A DNA stretch of 64,000 bases, from positions 348,378,001 to 348,442,000 of the forward strand of contig OZ024740.1 in NCBI GenBank assembly GCA_964016885.1, given 5' to 3'. The position numbers and the translations under genes are program-made. The notes under the pieces were generated by a model that was given only the letters and a program-made list of their open reading frames with translations, did no database searches and was not told the origin of the DNA. The DNA comes from Eledone cirrhosa (taxonomy: Eukaryota). Shown piece after piece: positions 1 through 14,366 of the stretch (positions are counted from its first letter, which is position 1; each line of letters opens with the position of its first letter).

Positions 1-2232
1 CATAGAAAGTAGCAAAATAGGAAAGTGCGTTAATGAGATCATACAATGTTGTTTGCTGGTTGTTTTAATTTTTTTTCTGTTTATTTTCTGTGCATTTAAG
101 ACAAATGCATGCAGATCAACAGGTCATCTCACTGAATTCACATCTTTCTGATAATCTGAGCAAATTTCATATAGATTTAGCTGGCAACAGCCCGGAACAT
201 AACTAACTATAAACCTTGTGAATATACTTATAGAAATATAAACGACAGACAAAATGTATAATCCGATTTCGGTTGCCGAATGAAACTAATTCCTGAAATT
301 CGCCTTCATTTTCCATACGTTTACATCTTTTGTCTTTTGCCTGAATACGATATAATGTTATCTAATTCAGGTGAGATTTAGGCATCATGTTGGATTCTGT
401 TGCTGGTAATGCCTTAAGTCTGTGTCTGGGGCCTAGAAACTTTACTCAACACAGATGAACACATCAATGTTTATGCTCTATTAATTTATCTTCCCCCCAA
501 ACCTTATCAATGGCAATTGAGTCGCAAGCATCCACTCTTAGTTACTCCTTGCATTTATATGATGTTCAAGTGTGATATGAAAGACATTTGAAAATTGTTC
601 ACTCCTATCCTGTCTACACAGAGGCTTACATTTTATCTTAATATCGTTGACCCTAATCAGCTCTAATCAAGATAGTATATGTGTATTACTCCTATGTGAA
701 TTTTCGTTAGTTTTGCAGATATTTTAGTGCAGGGTTCACGTATTTCCCTGACTCAGCGAAGAATCATATTCATTCGGTTGCAGTTCTGACAATGGTAAAT
801 ATGTTTGATTACATCTGTGAGTAGCTATGACTATTCAAGTATTTTCTGCCTCTGAACGTATCTTTGTTAAGATTATGTTCGATATTAAAAATCGCTATGG
901 AATACAATATATGTTAAGTGACTTAGAGGATTCTATGTGTGTTCTGCACAAGACCGAGGGTGGAAGGTAAATGATTGTTTTCATAGCATTGAATTTTATT
1001 ATATGAAAATGTATTCTGCGTCTTTTATTTTTATCTGTCCTTCTGCTGTTGCCACAGGTGAAAACCCTGGGTCTACTTTTAACATTTTTGAGGTTAACTG
1101 ATCTTGCATATGTTAGATAAGTTCTAACAACTATGCCACACAGTTCGTCAACACCCATGGTTCCAGTTATTCCATAGCTTTGTTTAACTTAGACTAACAA
1201 GTGCACTACCCGGCATAAAATGGTGAAGTGTATGCAGTGATGTGTGACAGTCTGGAGGTATTTTAATTTCCCCGCTATTTTATGTTTCTGTACTTACACT
1301 TACTGGCCTGTCCAAACATTCGAAGATTGGTTAAGGCAAATGATTGGCTTGGAGAAACATGGAAGCATTATTATAAATGGAATTCTTTGTTTTGATGTGC
1401 TAAGAGAGATGATTAGAAAGTAGACTAAATTTTACATACGTGCTAACATCCTTTCTTGCAAGTTTAGATATAACTTTTCCTTCATTAACTCTCTAGTTTA
1501 CAATTTCTTTAGTGCTTCAAACCTATGTACACCCCAATTACAAATGATGAAGATATAATCTAATCACACCAGCTTGCTGACTATGATAACACCAAAACCT
1601 TTCATTTTATTTTTCCCTTAGAAGCTTATAATTTCAAAAATAGAGTTCACGGATTGATTGACTTGTTTCAATTGACTACATATTTCAACCTTAATATGGA
1701 TGTTTGGATAAGTAAGCCATGTTCATGTCAGAAATAAAGGAGTCCAAATGAACCAAATCCCCACAATCAATACTTAAAGTAACACGTGAGTTTCATTTCC
1801 CTACTCAGATAACAAACCCAATTTAACTCACTCGGACAACAACAAAATATCTAAATATAGTATTTATTTACTAATCACACGCGAATATGTAACCTGAAAA
1901 GCGAAACGAAACAAAAGGCCTTTCTCATTTCGACGGCATGAAAAGAAACATTAAAGAGATTTCCTTTAACGAGAAAAGATTTTTTTAATATTACCTGTTC
2001 ATATTCAAACGAAGTCCACTCTGTGTGACGTCAGATTAGATTGAATTTGTTTATTCCTATATTTTTTTAGTAATTGATTTGTTCTCTGATTTCGATTGTT
2101 ATCTTCGATCTTGGGATCATATTTATAATGCTATTCATATGTATCAATATTCTTTATCGATTTAGCCAGCTTGATGATTAATATAGAATAGCAAGCTCCA
2201 GCTTGTTTACATTGAAATTGAAAATGGTGTTG

Positions 2233-2425
<193 letters not shown>

Positions 2426-3159
2426 GGGCGTTGTGTGTGTCCTCATATTATGAACGGTATTGTTTGCTTTCTATTGTTTACTTAATGAAATTTGAACTTT
2501 GAACTGCATCACGTTGTAAAGCCAAATTACCGTTTCTTTATTTTACTTTATATATCATAATATTGGTTTCTGGTGTTGGCACATGGCCACAAATGTTCAG
2601 TATTGAAAAGCTTCTATCAAACTATTCCACTACATTAATCGTACTTATTTTATACGATTCGGAAGAAATGAACAGCTAGGTCTACTCCAGTGATATTTAA
2701 CCTTGGTAGGCAATAGCAATGAGCAGAATATTAATCCCCCAGAAAGACAAGAGACCACCGATTTTCCGATATGAGCACAACCGATTATATCCAATCTAAA
2801 CTAGAGTTATTATATATGCCATCGATCCCATAATCAGAAACATTGTTGAAGAGAGCATCGAATTTTTATCTGTCTTCTTTGAGATATTTCAAAGCAGCTT
2901 TTGACTATATCCATCAGAAATTGCTATGCAAGTTCGCAGAAGATTAGTGTATCCGTCAACACTACCTCAACATTTCTAAGAATCTTTACGAACATTCCCC
3001 TGTCGTATCAGAATAGATTCTAGTCATACTGATGAATTTAACATTATATTGGAATACTCCGTGATTGATTCCTCTTGATTATTCTTTTCCCGTCTGCTGT
3101 TAACGTTGTAAATAAAAGCAAACATATAACGTTACAGCAGGTCTGTAGTGGTAGACAGT

Positions 3160-3280
3160 CGGGATCAGGAGTTTGCTGATGATATTGCACTGCTAGTAGA
3201 AACAAGAACTGGTCTGCAAACAATAATTAACAAGACAACAATTAAATCTGTTCTGTACGGGGTTAAATGTCATAATGTTT
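3160..3280 (+). mobile_element. Small LINE RT fragment
   Basis: EFADDIALLVETRTGLQTIINK (YADD-type motif). Confidence 0.55.
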
Positions 3281-3346
3281 TTAGTCGTCATTCCACGATG
3301 GATTTGATTTTATAGTTGTACAAGATTGATCCAAACGACAATATAC

Positions 3347-3480
3347 CTCCCCCTCTTCCTCCTCCTTCTTCTTCTTCTTCTTCTTCTTCTTCTTCTTCTT
3401 CTTCTTCTTCTTCTTCTTCTTCTTCTTCTTCTTCTTCTTCTTCTTCTTCTTCTTCTTCTTCTTCTTCTTCTTCTTCTTCT
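3347..3480. repeat. (CCT)/(TTC)n microsatellite
   Basis: Directly visible. Confidence 0.97.
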
Positions 3481-5149
3481 ACACAAATACATTTCAATGT
3501 TATGAATTAGTTTTGGTGCTGTAATAATCTTATCGTCTCCGTTATAAGGGCAGTAGGACGGAAAGTAGATTCCTGGTAATTTTATTTCCAATGAAATATT
3601 TCAGCACTTGTAACAAAATGCAATCATGTGTCTATTAATTGTGACAACACTGGACAATTAAGGCGTCACTCTAGGAATTGATTTTATATTAAATATCGGT
3701 TCTCTCTCTTTCCCTTCACCGAACAATAAACATTCATTTCCTAATCTTTCTTAATAAACGCTGTCTTTATTCCATAATACTGTCGCATTGGCAAATAGCT
3801 GTCAATTACTTCTAATCGATTTTAAGATTAAGGAAATATAGCTTAATTAAGCGGAATACATATATCTTAATCAAACGCTAATCATCAAAGAAATAATTAT
3901 TATTAATTAGTTTCGGATTCTATTGTTTGCTAAATATATTTCAGTGAACATTTTATTAATTTTATTTTAAATGACTACATAATTGTAGGGTTGATGCTGA
4001 TTTATAAAGTTTTCATGAACATTAGCAATTACGAAATAGAGCTAAACTTGATTCGGGAGTTCAAATTTGAAGCCATTTTTCTTCATTTATCTCAAAAATA
4101 CAAAACGCATTCAGCACAAAACCTTTTGCCAAAAGGTTTCACTATGAAACTTTGCAATTATATGGGCAAAGGTAATATGCATAAATGTCGGATTTCAAGA
4201 ATATCACCTTGATTACCATTTATATACACTATTCTCTATTTAGAATTACTAATAATTTTATAATTTTGTACCAATAAAAAAGGAATCTATTTTCTTAATA
4301 TTTGCAAATGTATCACATACTGTTTACCTAATTTATCTAAATGAAAACACACACACACATAGGAAAACAATCAACCAGTAACATGTAAATAAACAAATAA
4401 AACACACACACAGACACCCGGATGTAACAGATGCGCAAACTAAGCACACAACACACACAAAAACAAGATGGCGTAGGACAGAACAAAGGAGAGGCACAAC
4501 ACAAAGAAAAGAATCCCAGTCAGTGAAGAGGTCACAGAATGTGTGACGAAAGAACTTTGACAATATATGAACAACCGTCCGGTTGTAGAACCAACCATTC
4601 AACCGGAAATTTATAAATTCTTAAATTTATAAATTTAATTTATAATAAATTGGAGTGAAACAACTGGTGCGTGTGTTTCTTATTGGCAACATGACCCTCC
4701 CAAAGTATAACAATAGATATATATATAGGTATAAAGTAAGTGCTCAAGCGCAGAAAGGTTATAACGATAGCTTATAAAATAGGGTGAAAACCCTTAAAAG
4801 GCGGAAAAAGATGTTACCATGGGTCACAATGAGGAAATATGCCCCATATTTTCCAGAGCCGTCACAAAGTTAATTACTGACGCCTTCCCCCAATTAAACG
4901 TATATACTTATGGGTATATTTGTGCTGTAAGAATGTGTTTTCAATAAAGTACCCATTACTAGAACAGAAGTCTAAGTCCATTTTGTTTGCATTTAGAATG
5001 GAGTGGCCGTTCCTTCCAATCACTCATTCCCATGCCAGGTGATCAGTGGCCGCATGTGCATTTAAAGCTCCTATTATAATATATGACTCACTTGTAACTA
5101 CATCTAACGCTGCAGTGACTACTATTCAAACTCTCTATTTGGCGCATAT

Positions 5150-5950
5150 ATTTACACATTTCACAGAGGCCTTTCCTTCAGTTTACGCTTCAGGAGGCAA
5201 ATCTTCCCTTTCAGGGGTTTCCCTTCCATAACAATTTCCGACAGTGTGGGGTTTGTTGGTATCCCTGAGCAGTTATTTTCTGGTACCAAACAAGAATAGT
5301 GGAGTTCCTACACTTCTTCCAAAACTACTGTACCAGAGCCATAAAAAAAAACAATGTGGCGTAACCTCGATAATATATAACAGCTCACACCTGGCTTACA
5401 CCCCAAGTTCCTTCTCCTTACCTCTAAGAGACGTAATGTTCCAATTACCATTTTTAATGTTTGCTCCCATCTGAACACTGACTGATGGGACGGGATATCT
5501 GTACTGCTTTCAAACGTGTCGCAGCTGGTGGATAGCGTTATCACCCCCAGATACGATGGTGAGTTGCGATGTACGCGGGTACATGCTTTAAGAATAAGCA
5601 ACTGTAGATCAAAAAGCAGTAATCTACTGTGGGAGGGGTTAGCGCAATAAATGACACTGTTAGTTCAAACAATAGCTCACTACCCAGAGATATTGCATTG
5701 AGGCGATTACAAGCCGCGTCTAAAAATAATACTAGCCATTACGGGAGTGAGAATATTACCAAGAGGGTGATTGGCGCAAATCAGACCATCAAATACTGCA
5801 GTATGATACGATACAATGAAAGCAATCATGTTGTTTCCTCCTTCGCACGGGGTAGCTAGGGTCATGTATGTGCCTTTTCGAGAAATATAGTGCCGTCTCC
5901 ACATAACGCCAAAATAGCTGATGATTGACCTGGGACCTATCACATGCGTT
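5150..5950 (-). mobile_element. 5' part of an RTE/Expander-like LINE (start of APE endonuclease plus probable 5' UTR), decayed
   Basis: Minus strand GNWNITSLRGKEKEL..GSGTVVLEE..LHYS resembles the GTWNVTSL.GKE.EL..GSGT APE N-terminus; boundaries approximate. Confidence 0.65.
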
Positions 5951-8021
5951 TAGCATTAAAAACTCAATAGTAACAGCTACGTAAGATGTCTCTACTTAGA
6001 ATAGATTAGGAATGACATTTAAAATGTCAGTTATGATCGTTTGATCATTGTAGTTATCTTTCTCTTTGATGTGCAATCCGTATGCATGTCAGTTAACCAA
6101 AATATTACTTTATACATAAACTACACTTGGATTTTGTGTTGACGAGGAACATGCCCGATGTTTTTCTTGGTGGTATTGATGATTACAGCTTAAAAGTGTT
6201 GGTAGTCGTTATGTCGCCTAGTGAGGGGCGACAGAGTTTGAATCCAATCAACCGAGGCCGGAAGTAACCAGCTATCCTGGACTCATCTGCTTATGTAGGT
6301 AATTCAAGAGCTTGTTTTCTCATATAACCCTATACATATCTATTTATTTGACAGAATATTCGATTTCTAACACAGGTAAACGATTTCATATTTCAATAGG
6401 CGTTTGTAAAACCTTACATCCTCTATTTTACATATATTATTCTACGGCAGTAGATGTAACCTCAGTAAATAATTGAATGCATCAATGGAGATATGCGCTT
6501 ACCAATCAGGGCATTGGTTTCACGATCGTAACATCTTTGAGTTAGATTTCCAGACCAAGCATTGTGACCTTCAGTAAAACATTTAAGTTCCAGTTGCTCC
6601 ATTTTACGCAGCTGCGAATGGGTAGCAGCGAAAGCTGGATTTTAATACTTTCACTGACTGTCATCCCACTCTTACACACTCAGTGGTTTAACTCCACTTA
6701 AAACTTACATATGTTCCGACCTTATAATCTTCAAGATAATAGAACGACTTTAGAGTAAGTAAATATTAAATGGACCATACCAAATGTTCAACAGTTCTGC
6801 AGTTACATAACCTATCGGGTAACGTATGAAAAAAATGAGATATAACTTGAATCTATTTTGAAATTCTATCTATTGTAGCACCAAGTAACAGAAAGTTGTC
6901 GTGTTGCTATGCAACATTTATATGTTAACAAATTATTATTTTTACATAGACATCATTTTTCGTGCAAAATAAATTATTCAGATGTAAAAATAAAACACAA
7001 ACATAAATCAATAAATCGAACTGAATCACCAATTTTTCTCTGCAAATATTAATTTAGACATGCGTGTTTTTTATCCTTAGTATTTTCTGACATTTATGTA
7101 ATCAAACAATAAAACCGGTAGATAATTTATTAGTGGTAGGCTCTTTGGAATGGAGGAAATTGTAGTAACAATATACAATAGAATAAATAAGAAATGAGGT
7201 ATAACGTTACGCATTCATAACAGAATATATGTGATTTTAAGATTGCATGAAAGTTTTATTTCGCCAGAGAAATTCTTTTTTTCTAAATATATATTAACAT
7301 ATAAAATATTTGCTTGGTTTAGAATCATTTTATTTTATAGTTTAAATTATAATGTTAGCATTTTATTAAAAGAAATTTTAATGTTCTGATAATTTATGTA
7401 GTTTAATAATAGTTAATCATCTTCCGTTTTATTGAAGAGTTTGGAGGATTCAAAATTCGAAAACATTGGAATCCAATCACAGAATTGCTACAATCATAAT
7501 AGCGAGAAAATCGAGTAGAATTCCTTTAGAGGCGAATAATTTGTTATTACCATTTTAGCGAACGTGTATTTGGATTCCAACGATTTCAAATATAGAATAT
7601 TTTGTTAATCGATCATTTATGTTAAATATTATGGTGCTGTCACAACGATTTCAAATAATTTTTTTATTGATATGTAGCGTTTATTAATATATATTAAAAA
7701 GATCCAGGCATGAGTGCTTTTCAGGTATTTGCTCCGCAATGATGTTAGATGCCGCGTTAGAAAACACTGTGTAGTAATTTGAGCAAATGTTTTTTTCCGC
7801 AGCCCTGGGTGACATGGGATTTTGAGGGAGATTCTTTAGAGAGCAATAGTTTTGATTTTTTTCGGATGATTGGTTGCTCTCATTTAAAGGACCAGACTAG
7901 TCAACTCAAGTGTCACGGTGATTTGTTTTAGAATTCTATTCAAACATTCTTAAATGAATTTAGGATGTTTGCATTCATTGGAAGGAGTGATTGGATGCTC
8001 ATCGTCAAAATCTATTGAATG

Positions 8022-8053
<32 letters not shown>

Positions 8054-8056
8054 TAC

Positions 8057-8160
<104 letters not shown>

Positions 8161-8955
8161 ATGCGTATGTGTCTGTGTGTGTGTGTGTGTTTGTGTGTAT
8201 GTATATGTGTGCATGCGTATGTTGTGTATAATATTAAAAAGGAAAGCCAGAGGAAATAAACAAACATCTTCCCTTCATTAGCTACTGATGCAGGGTGAAC
8301 CGGGTTTTTCGGTAAACAAAACAAGACGGAAAATGATCTTCATTGAGAATATTTACTCAAGGCTCGGGTGATGCAATATGTGTTATATATATATATATAT
8401 ATATCCCTTTTCCCTTCTATTTTCCTTCCCTCCCTCCTCCGTTTACCCAAAAACTTACCTAGTTATTAAACGCTCTGGGGGTAGATATATCGTCTTTAAA
8501 GCGTTGAAATATCCACGATCCCCTTTCTTCTTAGTCTTATCGTTATTTTTAAGCCTACCTTAACTAGCAGCTACACAGTCAATCATATTCTCCATATTAT
8601 ATATATACTGTATATATCATTAACACCACATCCCAGATATCAAAATCTCTCTTATATATATAGTCATACATCTCAACACAACCTGATCTAAGTTTGAAAA
8701 TCGCCACAGACGAATGCGAGAAAGTTCTCCAACAAAAGTTAACCAGGAATCTTTAAAACTATTCCCACCGAAATTAACAAAGAACTTACTAGATCTACCA
8801 ACTCATAATATTATAATACTATAAAATTAAATCGAATTATTTAACACTACAAGTGAAGTCATCCTTTTCTTATTTTTCAAATATATATATGGAATAAGCC
8901 GTCCAGAAATAGCCGTCGAAACGGCTTGAGCTCTGCTGTCGGGGTCATACTTTTT

Positions 8956-8990
<35 letters not shown>

Positions 8991-9380
8991 TGGGATAACA
9001 AGTTATCGTTTTAGGTAAACCAGTTAGAGATTGTGAGTATTCTGTATTATGGGTAGCTTTAACGTACTACGTTGTTTGACTCAACAAGAGGATTCCTTAG
9101 CGAGATTGCGAGAATTCCCATGCAGGTCATTCTTGGAGTAATAGTAGTGAAAGAGTGAAGAATAACATGGTCGGCTGTACAAAAAGAGTTTTATTTACAG
9201 TATTAACAATTTTTTCATTGTTCAGGTGAGTCTAAAGGCCGCTAATCACTCGAAATTGCGTCACTCGACCTTAAATACAGTGTGTCTCTGATCAAATCAT
9301 CGGAATTCTGGAGGGTGTAACACATGGCATTGGTATTTATAGATACATCGGGGAATTAAGTGAATGAAAACAATAACATC

Positions 9381-9496
9381 AATAATTGTTTCTACTTTAG
9401 GCACAAGGCCAGCAATTACCCAGTGCATTACTGGTACTTTATTTTATCGACCCCGTAAGGATGAAAGGCAAAGTCAATGTCGGCGGGATCTGAACA
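9381..9496 (-). mobile_element. 5'-truncated SINE
   Basis: ctggtactttattttatcgaccccgtaaggatgaaaggcaaag. Confidence 0.8.
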
Positions 9497-9899
9497 TGAA
9501 TAATAAAAGATAATAATAAAGAAGTAAAGATGTAAAAAATAAGTAAAAGATAAGTACAAAATACGGTTGCTGATAATAGTAGTAGTGGTGGTGGTAGTTG
9601 AAATTATGATGGTGTGTAAGTGGGTGTGTAAAATAGTGATGACGGTAAAGGTAACAATAACATGAAAAGAAATACGAAATACAAACTTTTAAAGGAAAAA
9701 TAAAAGAAAAAAAATGAGTATAAATGAGTAAGTCCGGTATTTGAAAAAAAAAAAAAAAGGGGTAAAAAAAATCACAAGGGATTGACACTCCAAATTCACT
9801 ATTTTCCTTTTACTTTGCTCCACTTTTCAAATTAAATGGTACGACAGTTCAGTTATATTCAAATATTGTAAGCGCGTCCATTGAGAATATCGTCTTGGA

Positions 9900-12800
9900 C
9901 AAACTGGTCAGTTGCTCGCATGTGTGGGTGCTGAATTCTGGGTCCCCCCCCCTATTTTGTGTACATCCATCCATTCACTCATTCATTTACTGCCATTCTA
10001 CCTTCCTGTGTCTCCCCCTCCACGCAGCCCCTTTTCGCTCTCGTTTTCTGGCACCTCCATATATATAGGTGAGCTCTGCTGCCCTCTTACCACCACTTTC
10101 CCTTCCAACCACACACACCAGCCACCCATCCGTGATGCCGCTCGGTGCCCCAGTCCCCGGCCCCACGCCCCATGCCCCATCCCCCACCCCTCCAAATCGA
10201 CACCTACAGCACTTGCGGCACTACTAACAAACGGAAGAGGGGCCGGAACTGTTTGGGGTGCGGCTGCTTCCACCATCTCACCTGCGTTGGCTTGACTCGT
10301 CCAGCTTCCAATGCCCTCGCAGCATGGAGGTGCAGGAGCTGCCTCTTCCCCACGTCTTCCCAGCCACAGCCGTCTGGCAAACCACCAGATGGGACAGCGA
10401 GCTTGCCTGGCGGCCGAGCCTCGCTGGTCAACATCACTCGGCTCAGGCGGCTCCGGAAGATCCCACTCAGGATCCCGAGAGCGGCACGGGTGCCGGTAGC
10501 CGATGCCCTCGCTTCCTCGATTGAGAGCGCCCTGGACTCCAATCGAGCCAGTGACTGGGAGCGGCTGTTCTATTTCGCCCCACTCGCCCTCGGCCTCCCC
10601 AGCTCTGGCGCTGACCGGGGCGGACAGTCAACAGCAGCCTTCGTCAAGGCCAATGTCTCGTCATTTGGGCGAGCGCCCATTCCAAGCGTGCCCAGGGACG
10701 CCACATACCCCACCCTCAGGTACCCCCTATCCTCTACCCCCGAAGCTTGCGCCAAGCGTTTGCGTGACAAGGTAAACGCCAAGCTTATCATGGGTGATGT
10801 CTCGGCCGCAGTCAGAGTTGTTGCCTCAGAGGACACTGTCCTCCAACCCACCGAGGAGATCCTGGTTGCTCTGCGGCTCAAACACCCTGAGCCACCCACT
10901 GATCTCAGACCCATACCCCCACCCGACCCCACCTGCTCCTTGTGGCTATTGATGCAGATATCCTGTCCGCAATCAGGTCCTTCCCAGCTAGCAGCTGCGG
11001 AGGTGTTGATGGTCTCCGACCAGGTCACCCAAGGAGTTGACCTCAAGGCGGCGCCCTCTCCGCTGAGGCCGGCGAAGCCTTCTGAATGCAATTGTGGCGC
11101 TCACCAATAGGCTCATTCAGGGTGCCCTCGACCCTTACGCCCGAGGCCTCTTATTTTCGGCCAGCCTCACCGCTCTCAGGAAGAAAGAGGGTGGCATACG
11201 CCCCCATTTCTGTGGGCAATGTCTTCCGGAGGCTGGCTGCTAAGGTGATCTGCAAGTCCATCACACATTAACTGGGTGAGGAGTCTAGTCCGGTGCTACT
11301 GGGTGTCGGCGTGTCCGGTGGGTGTGAGGGAGCCTCTCATGCAATCAAGCAGTTCTTCAGCAGCTGCCCATCGGTACCGGCATCCAGGGATTCCAGGAAC
11401 CTCATTGTCAAGCTTGACATAAAGTATGGTTTTAACGCTTTACGCCGGGATCATCTGCTCGAGGCCTGCCCCAGCCGAGCCCCCTCTGCCTACCCGCTGG
11501 GCTACCTGTCATATGGAGCCCCGAGCATGCTCCTAGCTGCTGATACGGTCATACCCTCGGCTACTGGGGTCCAACAGGGCGACCCTTTGGGACCCCTCCT
11601 ATTCGCCCTTGGTATTGACCACATCGCTCGGAGTATCACGGCCCTTCTCAACGTTTGGTATCTGGATGATGCTACGTTCAATCGGTGATTCCTGCCCTGG
11701 CGGGAATCGGCCTCCAGGTCAACTCGTCCAAGTCGGAGGTGGTGAACGTCAGCCTCGATGCTGTGAGCTTTGCAGCCTCCGTCTTGGACGTGCGGTCCAT
11801 TCTCCGCCAGGTTCAGGTGACCCCCAAAGAGGATGTCCTCATCCTCGGGTCACCGATCCACCCGCCGGCCATCCGCTCCACCATCGAGTCCAGGCTTCAA
11901 CAGCTCCAGACTCTCACAAGCCGACTGGGCTTGATTGACGGCCACCCAGCTCTCTTTCTGCTGAGGAACTGCTTCGCCATGCCGAAGCTCCTCTATATAC
12001 TCCACAGCGCTCCATGCTACACCGAGACATCTCTCCTAGCTGACCTCAATACTTGTATCCGAGCAGCAGCCGAGGGGATATGCAACTTATAGTTTGACGA
12101 CATAGGGTGGCAACAGGCCACTTTACCGGTCAGGTATGGCGGCCTAGGCCTCTGGTCCCCGATCTCACTAGCTTTGCCGGCGTATCTTTCGTCGGTAACC
12201 TCGTGCCGCGTCCTCGTCAGCAGGGTTCTTCAAAACACAACAGAACCCTCTGTGTTCAGAGAACGTGAGGCCGCCTGTGAGACGTGGGACCGGCTGAGAC
12301 TTAGCCCAGTAGACTTCCCTCCTCCTTCTCTCCCTGTTGACGTCCAGTCCCCCCCCCCCCCAACGCACTTGGGATGCCCTCCAGTGCAGCCTGGCCTCAG
12401 ACAGGCTCACGCGCCAGCTCGACCAACACCGCCTTGCTTGTTTTCGTGCGGCCTCCAAACCCCACAGTGTTGTCTGACTCCATGCTTTGCCCTCCTTCTC
12501 CACTGGCACGCAGCTAGACAACCATAGCCTGCGAATAGGCGTTTCCCTGAGGCTCGGCCTCCGGATCTGCCAGCCACACCAATGTCGCTGCGGTTCCACC
12601 GTGGACTTTTCGGCCTCCACCCGCTTTCCTGTCGCCACAGTGCCTGCCGCATTCCACGCCATACTGCCCTCAATGAGGTCAATAAGCGTGGCTTGGACGC
12701 TGCAGGCTTCCCTTCCCAGCTCGAGCCGGTGGGGTAGGATCGAGGGGACGGCAAAAGGCCAGATGACATGACCATCTTCCCGTTCCGCGGTGGCAAACCC

Positions 12801-13154
12801 CTCGTCTGGGATGCCACTTGCACCGACACTTTCTTCAGCCGCAACCTGGTGCAGTCTGCGACTGACCCAGGTTCTGCTGCACGTCGGGCTGAGGGGGGCA
12901 AACTCCTCAAATACCGGTCGCTCTCCGACAGGTGTGCGGTCGTTCCCCTAGCAGTGGAAACTTATGTTGTCCTCGGCCCCAGGGCTACCTCCTTACTCAC
13001 CACCATAGGCGCTGTGCTGGCCAGCCGTAGATCTGAGCCTCGCGAGTTGGAGTGGTTTTTCCAGCGCGTCTCCCTTGCCGTCCTCCGGGGAAACGCCTTC
13101 TCCATTCTGTCCACCGGGGCTGTGGGTGGACCCCATCGCGTACCAATACATTAG
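9900..13154 (+). mobile_element. Decayed CRE-like non-LTR retrotransposon (PHD finger, RT, Zn-knuckle, restriction-like endonuclease)
   Basis: GC-rich island; frameshifted ORF pieces with [119 protein letters not shown]. Ends approximate; no TSD found. Confidence 0.85.
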
Positions 13155-14282
13155 TTAAATACCATTTTTTCATCACAAAGAAATTATATTACTCTTCTAA
13201 AGTTCAACGACAAACTTATCAGGAAGCAGCAAATACATGATATGTAGTATAAATTGGTGAAATAAAGATGCAAGAGGATTAAAATAAAAAATGAAAAATA
13301 AAAAATAAGAAGTAAGAGAGAAAGAGAGAAAGAGATAAGAGGACATGGAGTGAGGATAAGGATTCGAAGATGAGACATAAGGGGTAGGACTAAGGACGGG
13401 GAAGGAGTCAATATATAGATAGAGAATAAAAAGTGAAAGGGACAGTGATGATATATGGGTGATTAAGGTCTGGCAGTCTGATTGTTTTATCTTAATGGAG
13501 GTGATGCGGTTATAGAGAGAGAGTGGAAGAAATATTGGGAGATTTATGATTTTTATTTAATGATCAGTTGGCTGGTTGACAGCTGATAACAGTGGAGTGG
13601 TGTTGAGCTAGTACATTAAAACCCGGGTGGTTCTGCTTGGATTCCGAGATTGCTGGATCGAATCATGCCGGTTGTAGTTTGAAGTTAGAGAACTCGGTGG
13701 CTGCTTTAAGCCTACAGAAAATTGATTGTTCTATTTTTTTGATAAGCAGCATTTCATCATACTTTAAAATATGGAGCAGCTCCACATTGCAAAGTCCGCA
13801 GTGGGACATTCCATTTTTTGTAGGCCCTTGCACTCGATAACTTCGGCTAGCTAATCTCATATTCATGGTTGATGTCTTTAAGCTGTCAGATCTTATTGGC
13901 CAACGTCGTTGAATTCTCTTGTCTACGGTTTGTTATAAAATGCCTATGCACTTACTATCTTTTTTTGTAATCCCCAGCTGTAGAACCTATGTAGTGCCAT
14001 GCTAAATTGCCTAATTTGATAGTACACAGGTCCACTATACCTGATTCCAGGCATCTAGTTTGTAGTGGGTATTTATCCGGCAAGGTGGCAGTTACATTTG
14101 GAGGCCTTCCTGTGTGCAGTATTCCGATGACTTGATCAGAGACACACACTGTATTTAAGGTCGAGTGACGCAACTTCGAGTGATTAGCAGCCTTTAGACT
14201 CACTTGATCAACGAAACACTTGTTAATACTGTAAATAAAACCCTTTTTGTACAGACGACCATGTTATTCTTCACACTTTCAT

Positions 14283-14366
<84 letters not shown>

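Larger units (their letters stand above)
8989..14287 (-). mobile_element. 5'-truncated Penelope-like (Naiad-type) element with inverted pLTR arms, interrupted by the CRE element and a SINE
   Basis: Minus-strand GIY-YIG remnant ~13660-14100 (KCNC..PLQTRCLESGIVD..WHYIGST..KKR; CGLCNVE); ~165-bp inverted arms 9142-9306 and 14121-14287; (TA)n on both flanks. Confidence 0.72.

Noticed and set aside
895-1158. 87-aa minus-strand ORF, vaguely transposase-HTH-like
   Set aside because: No diagnostic motif; cannot be supported without a search
10204-12910. Antisense and alternative-frame ORFs in the GC-rich island
   Set aside because: By-products of high GC content opposite the CRE ORF; no recognisable motifs
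9142-14287. Novel TIR DNA transposon carrying RT
   Set aside because: No transposase; better explained as PLE inverted arms with a nested CRE insertion
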